From Elusimicrobiota bacterium (GTDB lineage Bacteria > CG03 > SLGR01 > JBDRKX01), in the NCBI GenBank assembly GCA_043813605.1, contig JBDRKX010000049.1:1-33950 (forward strand): a stretch of 33,950 nucleotides of DNA. The letters run 5' to 3'. Positions 1 through 12,500 of this stretch are shown in pieces. The notes under the pieces are model-generated. The model ran no database searches. It saw nothing but the letters and a program-made list of their open reading frames with translations, and had not been told where the DNA came from. Both the position numbers and the translations under genes were made by a program. Each line of letters begins with the position of its first letter. Position 1 is the stretch's first letter.

Positions 1-1
1 G

Positions 2-571
2 TATTCCTAAAGCCTCTTCCCTTGCAAGGTTTATCTCGTCAAGAAGTATCCAGTGCCCCGCTTCCAGAGCTTCCAGAAACGGCGCTTTCTTGAATTCCAG
101 CACTATTCCGCCGCCTTCCAGAAGGTATCCCAGGCTCCTGAGGAGTTCCCGGTTATATGCATTCTTCTTTCCTTTTATATAGAGCATCTTGTTTATCATC
201 TCTTCCGCACGTTCCCTGGAGATTATCTCGGCAGTTTTCTGCGGCATAAGGTTGGTCAATGCCTTTTGCAGCCTGAACCAGTTTCCTGCTTCCATGTTTT
301 CGACTATGATCTGTATCGCTGTATCGCACGACATCTCGAGCCCCTTGGGCTGGTGATGGCCGATAAGATCGAGTTCGTCCATAGACGCGTTTACCTGGAT
401 CCTTGTAAAAGGCTTGCCCACCAGTGACGCCGCATATCTTACGAGAGAGGTCTTACCGGTTGATGTCTGGCCAAGCCAGAGAAGCGCGTTAAGCTTTTCC
501 CTGACAGTTGCAAAGAAGAGGTCAATAAGCCGTCTTTTGGTTCCCGGCGTCTGAACCAATCTGGCATCTTC
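2..571 (-). other. Domain: MoxR/midasin (dynein-related AAA_5)-type AAA+ ATPase, truncated by the window edge
   Basis: Walker A LWLGQTSTGKTSLVRYAA; FTRIQVNASMDELDLIG; then EFKKAPFLEALEAGHWILLDEINLA (Walker B). About 80 aa are inserted between DLIG and EFKKAP. Confidence 0.9.
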
Positions 572-3500
572 TATCTCTCTATCAGCCAGTTTACCCAGTA
601 TAGGCTGCCTGACTACAACCCTGCCGTTTACAAGGCCTTCAACGTATTCTCCATTGCTGTCCGCTCTGACATCAAAAATCACTGCTGCTCCCGCTTTTTT
701 AACGGCTGCCGCTTCCTCTATCTCGTCATCAAACCGCAGACGGTTGTATTTCCTTATCTCTTCAATCGTATCCCGTCCGTGAAGATACCTGTAAAGATAC
801 ATAAGCGCTCCGGCATTTGCCTTTCTTATATTGTTTATTTCATGATTAAGGTCTTTTTCAAGTTCTTCCGCATCGATCATGTTCTGAAAGACTAGTTCCG
901 CATAGATCCTTTCCATCGCTTCCCGGGCATTTTCCTGGACTTCTTCATCTTCATCTCCCAGTTTCTTCACTATACTCACGAGCTTATCGGCAGTCATTTT
1001 CTTTTTACTGATAAGTTCCAGGTATAGCCTGCCGGCTGATCTTACCGCCGCCCGGCTGACTATCTTAGCAGGATCATTGACAGCAGCATCAACGGCTAAC
1101 AGTTTTTCCATATCAAACTTACCGAGTTCTATAAGTTTAAGGTAAACAGGCGTGAGTCCTTTTAATGCAGTTTCCTGCACATAGGAGCTGTTCCATTCTT
1201 TATCATCTCTAAGTCTTTTTTCTATCTTTTCAATGATACCTGACACCTCGTCCACGCGGCCGGCGCCGAGCATCTCAAGGCACAGGCTGCTGAGACTGTC
1301 TATTGCTCCTATACCGGTTATCCAGTCGGTATCCATGAGCATATTCGTAAGTGTATCTATCTGTTCCCTGCCGGCGTTACCTGCCTTCTCCATTTCCAGA
1401 TACACCTTACCCATCGCCTTAACAGCGGCATCGCGTATAAAAAGATTATCCGAACCTGTCTTATACTCAAGTCCGGCTATATCCATTTCCCCGCTGCGTA
1501 CAAGTTCAGCGTATATATCTACCAGGTAGACATCATGCGCTACCGGGAACAATACCCTCCTGTCAACCTTCTTATCTTCTTCATCAGAGAATGCCACTTC
1601 CAGTTTTTCAAGGTCCTCAAGATCGAATTCGCCCTGTTTGAGCTGTTCCAGATATATCTTACTCAATGATATTACAGCAACTTCACGGATATACTTATTA
1701 TTATCTAAAAGCTGGTTTTCCAGTTCACTTATATCTATCCTTTTTCTTGAAATAAGCTCATAATATATATCTATATAAGCTTTCAGTGCGACAACCCTGA
1801 CCTGTTCAGAAAAATTGTCTGTAAGGTTTTCTTTCATAATCATTATCTTGCTCATATTATAATCGTTCAATTCTATCTGTTTAATAAACACCCTGCTGAG
1901 CGCTTTTATTGCAGCATTCCTCACGAACCAGTCGGTATCCTTGAGTTTTGATTCTATCTTATCCAGGTCCACAAGATCCGCCCTGCCGGATGCCACAAGT
2001 TTCTCATATAATTTCCCCAGTGCTTCTATTGAAAGCTGCCGTACCGTCGGGAGCGGATCCATTGGATAAAAAGGCCCGGTTTTTATCAACTCATGCAGTT
2101 TCTCCGGCCCTATTTTACCTGCTTCAAAGAATTTTTCGTAAACGCTGCCGAGCACCCTGATAGATGTCTGCCTATGATGAGCAAGAAGTTCCCTTGCCCT
2201 GGAGAGTTTTTCCGGGTTGAATTCATTTCTCTCCAGTTGAGCCAGGTATATATCTCCCAGGAGCTGAACAGCTTTTTCGCGTATCTTCCATTCTGCTGAG
2301 CTTTCTATAAACTTTTCCAGCGGAGCGATATCTATATCCTTGCCCGAAACGATAAGCTTCAGGTATACCGTACCCAGCGCCTCGACTAATTTAAGCGTGG
2401 TCTCCTTACCGTGGCCACTCCATATATTATATTCACCTTCTACCTCGTTGAAGAGTTCGGGGAACAGTACGATCAGTTTCAGCAGGCTGGACTCTATTTT
2501 TGCGAGACTCTTTGATTTCAGTCCCATAGCTATCTCTTCTATCTTGATCTTTGTAGCCGTTTCCATTTTTTTCATCGAAGTATCCTTTGAAAGATACATG
2601 AGAAAACCGCCGGCCGGGCCGTAAAGATTCATCTCTTTTTCTATATCCGTTTCCGTACTGCCGAAGATAGGCATAAGGTCAACATTCTCAAACGGGATCT
2701 TATGGATGAGCGCTTTTACTTCTCTTCTGTCTTCCGGCGTATTCATCCTGAGATAATAGACCTCCCTGAGGGCCCATGCAAATGCTTCTTCCGTACTGAG
2801 CAGCCGGGAATTGTTCTTTATAAAATCTACTACGCGGATCTGGTCTCTTAAAGAGAAATGGTAACCTTCAAGCGCAAACTGCCCTATTCTGCCTTCTCTG
2901 ACCAGTTCTATCAAACGGTGATGAAACTTTGAAAGTTCCCTTGTAAGTCTTTCTTCTTCGGGAATTATCCTTTTTTCGTCCTGAGTAAGTTCTTTTGCGG
3001 CAAATATGCCGAGAGGCCAACCGAACTTTGATGCCAGTATGTTGTAAAGGTTATGGACATAAGTTGCGGACACTACACCTATTATCATCCCCTCAACCGG
3101 CAGTATAGATGAGATTGCTATTCCGCTGCCTATCGCAAATGCCATTAAAAGCCCCAATATGCTTAAAGCGGCCCTGTCTTTCCAGCCGGCTTCTTTCGGT
3201 AAAGATTGTATGCTCCTGTATACTCTCGGGTGAGCGACAAAACTAAATAAGAGTGATGTTACTATTCCTGAAACCGCAACTGTTGTAAAAAGATCCATTC
3301 CGGCGATAATGTTCAGAAGTGATGTAAGCCCGCCCATAACACCGCCGAATCCGATTGTCTCAAGAGTGGCCAGTACCGGCAGAGGCACATTATCTATGAA
3401 CCAGGCCGGCCAGTACGGAGAAACAGCTAATCCGAGTTTGCGCTCTTTCATGATAGCTTCATCAGGCTCCCAGTCCACATCAAGCCCGGTGAGTATCTTT

Positions 3501-6500
3501 TCCAGTATCTCTTCGCTTTTCGGACTGTGTATCTCCAGTTTGAGCCTGTGGCCGCGTCTTACTCCGAATTCCATAATATCCGACATATCTGATTTACCCA
3601 GAATGATACTGCGGCCTGAGCTGTCAATGAACTTTATTTCAGATTCAGGATTATTCCTGCCTATTTCCGCAAGTTTTTCAGAAGGACGCGCATGCCAGCC
3701 GAGAAGATCCTTTATTATTATCGTACCTGTTACCGGTTTTTCCCTGTCAAGATCGCGTACTTTATCGAGATCTATAAGTTTATTTATTTCCAGAAGTGTA
3801 TTACCGGAGAATTTCACCAGTTCGTCACTGTAATCCATATATAAGGAATCATCCTTTATATAGAGCTCCCGCATACTCAATGGGATCTCTTCTCCAGTAT
3901 TCAGTTTCAATATTATCCTAAAACCCTTCTTTTTTATCCCGAATACAAAAAGCGGCGTATCTACATAATTGAAATAGACCTTCTCGTATATATCTTCCCT
4001 TACCTGCGCGACATGGTAGCCGCCTTCATCCTTCTTTATGGATTTATGGAAATAATTGGAGATCGTGCCTTTTTCAAAAACCCCGTGTTCATTGTTCCAG
4101 TTGCCGTTTGCATCCATCCAGAACACCGCGTTTTCTTTGGGAATCGAGACAATTTTTAACTTTTCCGGCTCCTCGATTTCTTTCAGTTGCAGTATATCAC
4201 GGATTCCCTGACTTAAAGCTGCCTCTAATTCTGACAGCAGTTCTGGCAAAGCGCCTGTCTCAGGAACCGCCATACTGTAATCTTCAGCGATTCTGGCTGC
4301 TTCCGGTTCATTCCATTTTCTGAACACCTCTGAAAGACTACTCCAGTAAGCGCGCTCCTTCCATACATCACTCTCCCGGGGTATTCTGATCGGACGTGTC
4401 ACATCGGTCCAGAAAGCCTTTACATTCTGCACATATACATAATCCCTTACCTGCATAAGGTAAGGATATACTTTCATTGCAAGTTCATTAGTATCAATAT
4501 CCTTTCCTTTTCCCAGCATATTTATAAGTTCAGACCTGTAATTGTCAGGAGGTGATACGTATTCTTCAACGACATTTAATATTTGTCTTACACGACGGAT
4601 TAATTTCTCATTGCTCATCAATCCGGCTTTCCATTCGCTTCTGCTTTTATCTATAAACCATTTTGACCATATAAGCGCATTTATATTTGAAGGTGCTTTC
4701 ACTCCATCAAAAACATCTCCTCCCCATGTTATACTTCCCAGGATCCATGCGGATATATATGAATAAATAATTTTATTCTCCTGTTTTATATTCTTGAGTA
4801 AGAAATCTTTACCTACTATAAAGCAGTCTACTTTTCCTGGAAGGCCGGGGATGTCTACCTCTATATAAGGTTCACTCCTCACATCTTCACTATCGCCTTC
4901 AACAACAATAATGACATCAATATCTTCGGGCTTTACATCAGGATTTAAAACGCTACTGTATACGCTTATGCTCAATATTTTATGGCCTAGCTTTTCTTCT
5001 ATTTTTGCCGGGAGTTTTTCAAGAAGCTCTACCCTGTGTTTGATTTCATTGAGTTTCGCTTCAGGCAGACTAAGGATCTTATCGTTACTCAGGAACTGTT
5101 TTTTCGCCGCTTCAAAACTCACTTCGGGCATAGATTCGGATAACGGCCACATGTCGTACATAAAGAAATCAAAATCGCTGGGCGGATCACTAATAATATT
5201 TATGGAACTCTTTTCATCTTCAAGTTTCTTCCTGTACTCAACTGCCTTGTCAAAGATAAGCATACCGGCTCTAGCAACCGCAAACTCATTTAATGCAGCG
5301 TCTGTGTTCCATACCATCCTGTTATAGCCATCCCCCATTAGATTGTTAAGATTATTTTCTTTTAAAAAGTCTTTCAGCCCTATACTTTCCCCTTTGCTAA
5401 CGCGTTCTGTATTCAGCCTAAAATATTTAGCTGCATCTTCCGCAGGATACCCCAGTAAAATACCGAAGAATCCCTCAAGGTGATACCCAAGTAATTCCAT
5501 ATTCAAATCAATGGCATTATCGATGAAATCTCTAATACCTTCCGGCGTCCATTTTCTTCCGGCAGATAATTTACCTATAAGAAAATTAATTGTCTCTTTA
5601 TAAATACTCCTGTCTATATCAGGTCTCTGTTCCGCGATATCCATGGTCCGCATCAGGATGTCCCTGAGAAAACTGTTATCATCTGCCAGGATTTTTTCCA
5701 TCTCTTCAATGTTATAGAATACGAACTCTCCCATGTACCCATCACCAAAATCAACGCCTATTTCAATAAGCTTTCCCCTGTTATTCGCCATATAATCAAT
5801 AAAGCTTCGGCGGCTGTCTGTATTTTTCCATTCAGTTCTGAATTCGACTGTAATAGAAGGTTTGCCGCCGCCTATAACGGACTTGAAGTATTCGGGCGTA
5901 ATCCTAGTGCATAGACAGAATTCTCTAAGTACTTCTAGAAGAAATTCCCTGTGCGGCCGCAGGAATTCCAGGCGTTCCTGTTTTTCCAGGACAGCAGCAT
6001 CAACTTTTTTGCCTAATATTTCCGCTGGAGTTTGTTTAATTATTTGAGTGAGTTTTTCAAGACCCTCTTCATCGAGAGGCTGTCTGTCTACAATAGAGAC
6101 TATTTTCAGTTTTTCCGGCTCTTCGGCAGTTACGGATTCCGGTTCAACTTCTTCTGATATAAGCACAGATCTTTCAGGAACAACTACTGTCCGGCAGTTT
6201 TCGGTGATCTCCCGATTATTGAAATTTTCTGATTCATCGAGTTTCACCATATCACCTTTGACCATGGTTTCCATAACATCAAAGGCCCTGGTCCTGTTGG
6301 ATACCGCGCCCCTGTCGCCTATCGGCGTTATCAGGCGTTTAACACCGGACACAGCAGCAAGTTTCGCCGCGTAACTGACAGCGCCTTCAAGGAACTCTTT
6401 TGTACTGTATTCGGATACTATGCCTTCCCGCGGGTTTATAGCGCGGAGTATCCATACTTTCTCACCATTTACCGTATTCTCAAGTATTAGCATCGTTCCC

Positions 6501-9500
6501 GCGAAATCCGTATCAAGTTCATCGCCTTTTGTAAAGATCACTGCGCCGACCATCGACTTATAGTGCATTATATTTGACTGCTCGGTATAACAGGCATCGC
6601 CTATGTCTCCCGCCAGCTCACCCAGTATGTTCTTTGTTATAAAAGCATCTATTACCATTCCTTCATCAGAATATTCTATGTCTCTGGCAACTTTCTCTAC
6701 CAGTTTTACAGAATATATTTTCATTAGTTTCTTACGCGTCTTCGGTTTCATACCCTGAAGTATATGCTCTTTAAGGAACATATTTCTGAAATCGATAAGT
6801 TTATTAAGAAGATCGAGCGTTAATCCGCCTTCAAGGAGGTCTTTCAGCTTTTTAAATGCTTCCGGGTGATCTATGTGTGCCTGAATAAAAAGCGATAACA
6901 GTATTGTGTTCTGTATATTATTATCTTTCATCGCAAGAGCTTCGTTCTTTTCTATAAGCATTGATAATAAAGACTCAAGCGTATCTGCTGCCGATACAGC
7001 ATCCAGCGATTTCAGTAGAGTATCTATCTGAACATCAAGCCCTTTCTGAGCTTTAGGCGAACCGATACTTTTCTTCCTGTCTTCAAGCGCCGATACTTTT
7101 TTGCCTATCTCTGCAGAAAGAACGTTCTTTATTACCGGCAGATGGTCTTCTTCGGAAAGCTTTTCCATTACACTCACGGTTTCTTCAATAAGGCTGCCGT
7201 AGCGCATGACTTCTTTCTGTACTTTTTTAAGTTCTTCCGGTGTCGCCTTTATACGGCCTATCCTGCTGATCCTGAAACTTCCTCTTTCCATTTTCAGCCC
7301 TGAACTTAAAGGAGGTATCTCGTCTTTATATTCTTCATAATCGTCTATAAATGCATCGAGTTCCTTATTCCACTTGGTTCCATGCCCCCATTCCGCGGTA
7401 CTGAATCCTGTTATATCTGCGATAAACGCACGCATGATGGGACTCTTAAGATCCTCTTTATTAATAGCTCCTTCTTTGACTATGCGTTTCCTGACCGGGA
7501 TAATAGACTCTTTAAGCTGTTCTATGCCTTTTCTGCCGGTTGAATTTACTCCCAATGCCTTGAGATCATCGGAATAAGAACGTAAATATTTACCGTCCAG
7601 CGGCTCTTCTCTCTTAAGGTGTCTGTGTATAATTATCAGTTCTCTCTTGGCAAGAAATCCGAAATCATCAATATAGTCTTTTAAGAGGTCTCTCCAGTTT
7701 TCCGGTGTATCGGAACTCTGCATGCATTTATTGGAAATGAAACTATTGATGCCCCTCAGGTACCTGAGCCGGTCGTCCCGCCTGACATCGTTCGCAAGAA
7801 AATCCTTTATAAGTTCCAGTATTTCTCCATCGACCACAGTATTACACAATGAAGCGAATTTCAGCCTTTCAGTGAACATCGTATCGTTAGCGGCACTGTT
7901 CACAAAATCGATAATAGGCTGGTACTGTTTCCTTATGGATTTATTGGCATAATCCTCCAGGTTCTTGTAATAGGAATAATTGATCGTTCCCATAGCCAAT
8001 ATCCTGCTGAATATAAGAATAAAGTCATCCAAGTTGTCGGCTGTTAAAGCTCTTTTCTTTATAAGTACTTCAACCGCAGTATAACCGTTCTTAAAACTAG
8101 ATGGATCGTTTTCAGCGACAGACAACACCAGTTTTTTTATTTTTTCGGTATTCTTCTCATTTATGACTTCATTTTCCGAAAACCTGTTTAACATATCATA
8201 TGCTGAACCAGCGGCGCCTTCTGCAACTACCGCCAGTGATACCAGGTATTCAGGTATAAGCAGTCCGTAACCAAGTCTCTTATCTCTTATTGTTTTCGCA
8301 AGGTCTTTAAGGCTCCTGTAGGCGGTTACTGCATCGTTTCCTGCATTTACAGCTATCGTAAGCAGCAGTTTCTTATCGAGTATACTTTTGTCATAACCCT
8401 TATCCTTGACTGCTCTTGCGAGTTCCAGGAGTTCCAGAAGAGTGATATGTATCTGGTATCTTGATGAAAAAACAGCTATTGCATCAAGTATATCCTTATC
8501 TATTATTACCGCATCAAGGCCTTCATCCTTAACTGCAGAAGCTGTTTTCCTGAGCGTATCCAGGACATCAGCGATCCGGCCGAACCTGTATTCTTCTACC
8601 GCTATCTTTTTGATCAGGTTCGCAGCAATCAGATTAGAAGGCAGACCTTTATCATTAACCGCATCAACGAGCTCTTCTAATGATTTTATAGCATCGGTCT
8701 CTTTAATACCGCATTCAGCCGCAAGTTCTACTGCATCTACAACAGTCGCCGCTTCTTCCTTGACTGTTTCTTCTACTACGGGACCGGCGCTGATCAAAGA
8801 CCTGAGATCTTTAGGCACAAGCATTGATATGCCTTTCAGGTCAACTCCTATCCTGATATCATCAAGTATCTTCCGGCATGTTTCTTTTATATCATCCCAA
8901 ATATCTTTTCTTTCGGTTTTCTTTCTATATTGGACTATCAATCTTACATTAAATTCTTTAAAACTGAGTTTATTTATGATTTTTTCCTGCCAGGCCTTTT
9001 CAATCACCGCCAGGCCTGATTCAAAGAGATTTGTATCATACTCATTATCGGTTTCAGGTGTTATACCGGCTTTTTTCAGCTCGTTGTGTATCCACAGCTG
9101 TTCCACCCTTGCTGCTGCATGGCTATCCCGGATATGTTTTGGAATTCCGCGGTACGGCCTTTTGTACTGACCTGCCACCTGGTCCATTTTTATTTTCTTC
9201 ACTGCTTCGCATATCTCGTGAGATAATCCCAGCTTTCTCAAGAAAGAATCTTTTGACAGATCTGCGATAAACTCATGTATGGCTGACGGGCTTTCATCTC
9301 TTGGATAAAGTATGCCATACTTTATCCTTATAAACTTATGCGTTAATTCATGCATGTTCGTTGCAATAAGCAGTTCTAAATGCAGGCCTTCTATTTCTGC
9401 CTCTTCAGCAAGCCGGTTAATATATTCTATGCCTATCCCCAGGGATTCATACGCGTTATCAAGGTCATCTATGAAGCTTGCCTGTCCTGTGATCTCCATC

Positions 9501-12500
9501 AGAAAGTCGTCAAGTTCTGATTCGGTAAACCTTTCTCCGAATTCAGCTATAGCCTGGAGAAGCATTATTTCTTTCAGTACCTCGTCTCTGTTATCCTTTG
9601 CTGTCAACTCTTTCCAGTTAAGAGAGTCGAGCAGTTTTTTCAGGTCATCTAATGCTTTCTTTGGCTTATAGTCGGTCTTTTCTTTTATTTTCCTTAAAAG
9701 TTTGACCTCATTTATCATCCTATGGTAATCAGCGTTTTCCGTTTCCTGGAGCAGCCGGTTTATCCTGTTATCATCGAAACTGTAAAATACTTTTCTGAAC
9801 AGTGCCCTGGAAAACGGGGTATATGATACTCTTTCATACGCGGCTGTTTTCTCGGTCTTATAGATTTCTATCCCCGCTTCTTCCGCACTAGTAACAATAA
9901 ATTCATCTACTTTATCAAACAGGGCTTTTCTGGCTTTTTTCACATGCAGTTCAAAGATCTTTTCGATCGTTTCAAGGTATTCTTCAAAAAGGGCCGTGTT
10001 GCTCTCTACCCTGTCTATATTTAACTCGTTAATTATTCTAGTAATAAGTTCATATGGAACTTCTTCAGCGAGCATCAATCTGCTTACAATGAAAAGTATA
10101 TTCTCATCAAGCCTGTCTTCTTTCAATTCCGCCAGCACCTTTTCAATAGCTTGTGCCGCATATTCAGGATCTTCCATTATCTTCATCGCCAGTATGCTGA
10201 GAAGGTAATGTACTATATTCCGCCTGTCAGTCTCGGATTTCTGAACCAAACCGTCTATGATCTCGTCAAAGAGCTCCAATGCCTCCCGGGCGGTCTCTAT
10301 GCCGTAAGCCGCACTTCCAAGATTACGGATAATAAACATGAATTTTTCTGATCCCGGTATGCTGTCTAATTCCAGATATTCTTCCCTGAATATGTCAACA
10401 GCGGCAGCACCTTTTTGAGCTTCTCTTACAAGCGCGTACCTTCTAATATTCAGGCGCCCGTATTCCAGCATGAGGCCCGGATTCAACTTACTCTCAAACC
10501 TGTCAAGTATCTCCCCCGCCAGAGCCGGATCGGCCGAAGCGATCTTTTCCGAAGAACCGGCCCTGATGTGCGCCGTCACATAACTGTATCCGAGACGGCG
10601 CGCTTCTTCCACGAACCTGGCATCCAGTATGGCAGCCACACCCTGTCCCTCGAAATCCGGGTGGACTGCCATGAGTTCCACATACATAGTGTTTTCTTTA
10701 CCATAATTCCCGTCTACCATGAACCGCTCGGTCAATTCGTTGTTCTCGAGCGGGCTGCCGATTACATATCCTACGACCTTACCATTGTACTTGGCGAAGT
10801 ACGCGGCAGACCCGTTCCTTCCGACTCTTTCTTCTATCCATTTTCTTTCAAGCGGTGTCCGCCATGTATAGAACGGTTCAAAGCTTTCTATTATATCAGC
10901 GAGATTTCTCCTTTCCGTGTAAGATACTCCTTCCACGGATATCCTGGCCGGGTCGATCTTAACCGAAGGCTCTTGCCGCTTGCGGGCCAGCCGCGACAGC
11001 ATCCCGATTATGTCCTTACCCTTCATTCCGGGTATGGCCTCCAGCAACGCCGCGACAGTATTTGTTCCTGCATCCAGGAGATCACTGACAAGGCTGTCAA
11101 GCCCTGTTTTGTAAGCTGCTATGCCGGAGGACGCGGTCACGAGTTTTTCGCGGGTCAGCTGGTTGGCCCAATGAACGACTCTTCCTGTATTTATGCTCAT
11201 CAACACCGCCGCGACCGACTCCCACTCGTTGTCCAATATAGGCCTGACATTTGCGAGGATCCACTCATCGGCCTTCCCGTTTATGTAAGGAAGTATATTG
11301 GAATCCACATCCGCCTCTCCCATAACTTCGACAAGATGCAGGAAAACGTCCTGGCTTATCCTCTCGGCTATCATGTGTTCCTGCGGATAGGTATCGTAGG
11401 GTCTGTACATCACATCCTTGATAGAGATAAAGTCGAATGCACTGAGCGGGTAGGTTCCAACTGCGTTATCAAGTTCCTCTTCTATTGCACCCCTCATTAC
11501 ACTGAGTATCTTCCTCCGCAGGTCCGCGGCCGCATCCTCTAACTTGATATCGGACCGGCTGACAATATTGCCTATTTTGTAAACTTCCGAGGGAGTCATA
11601 GCTGACAGAGCCTTGCCGGATCCTACCCTACCGTCCCTCTTCATCCGTACCACTGACTCGAACCTGCGGACACCCAGCGTCTCACGGAGGATAGCAATGA
11701 GCCTGACTTCGTCTTCTCCGGTGATAGAGCCGTCAAACCATGCGATGAATGTATCTTCTGCAGTTTTACGCATCCCCCTGACATATTCAGATGCATTCTC
11801 GAAAATGAGGTAGGAGACCTTCCTAAATATGCTCACGCTGCCTATCCTGTCCTGTATTTCAGCATTATCTATGAGATCGAGATCCGCGTCTATCTGGTAT
11901 CCTCTGGCATGAGCTAATTCGAAAGGAAGGGCAAAGAGGTTGCCGGCTACGCTTCCTCCATAGTAGAAACCGTTATTCCACGATGCGCAGTCGAACATAT
12001 GCCGGGAATGGAAACCTGCTCCGAACTTAACAGCCGCACTTATACTGTAGAACCTGAGATTCAGCGCGTAGACCAGACCCAGAAGGAAATCTGCCGGATC
12101 GTCCCTTTTCACCTCCATTATATTCATTATCCTGTCCACCTTGCCCGAGATGCCCGGTATGTTAAGCCTGTAAGTCCTGTTTTCCGGGACATCCCATTCG
12201 AGCATACCCAGCGTCACGATCTCCCTCCAATCCCCGCCAGCGTACGGTTTCATCATGGCGTTACCTTCCATCTTGTGACGCAGCATATCCGCGAGACGCT
12301 CCTCGATAACGGAGAGCATGTCTTCGGCTGTCCCGACTTTTATCACGTCCGCGAACAATTGAGAGGCTTCCTCTATGGTTATGTTACCCCTGTACGAAGC
12401 CTCATTTATCAGGTAGGCTGATATCTGGAAAGCGACAGTGAGCGGATATCTCTCGTCAGGCGGCGAACGTTTTATCCTATTCAATGCATCGAACAGATCC

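Noticed and set aside
8406..9170. 254-aa plus-strand ORF and other Ser/Ile/Phe-rich plus ORFs
   Set aside because: Composition typical of the reverse complement of Glu/Lys/Asp-rich coding sequence.
10415..11542. 375-aa plus-strand ORF
   Set aside because: In-register antisense shadow of the GNAT and domain X coding region; no recognisable motifs.
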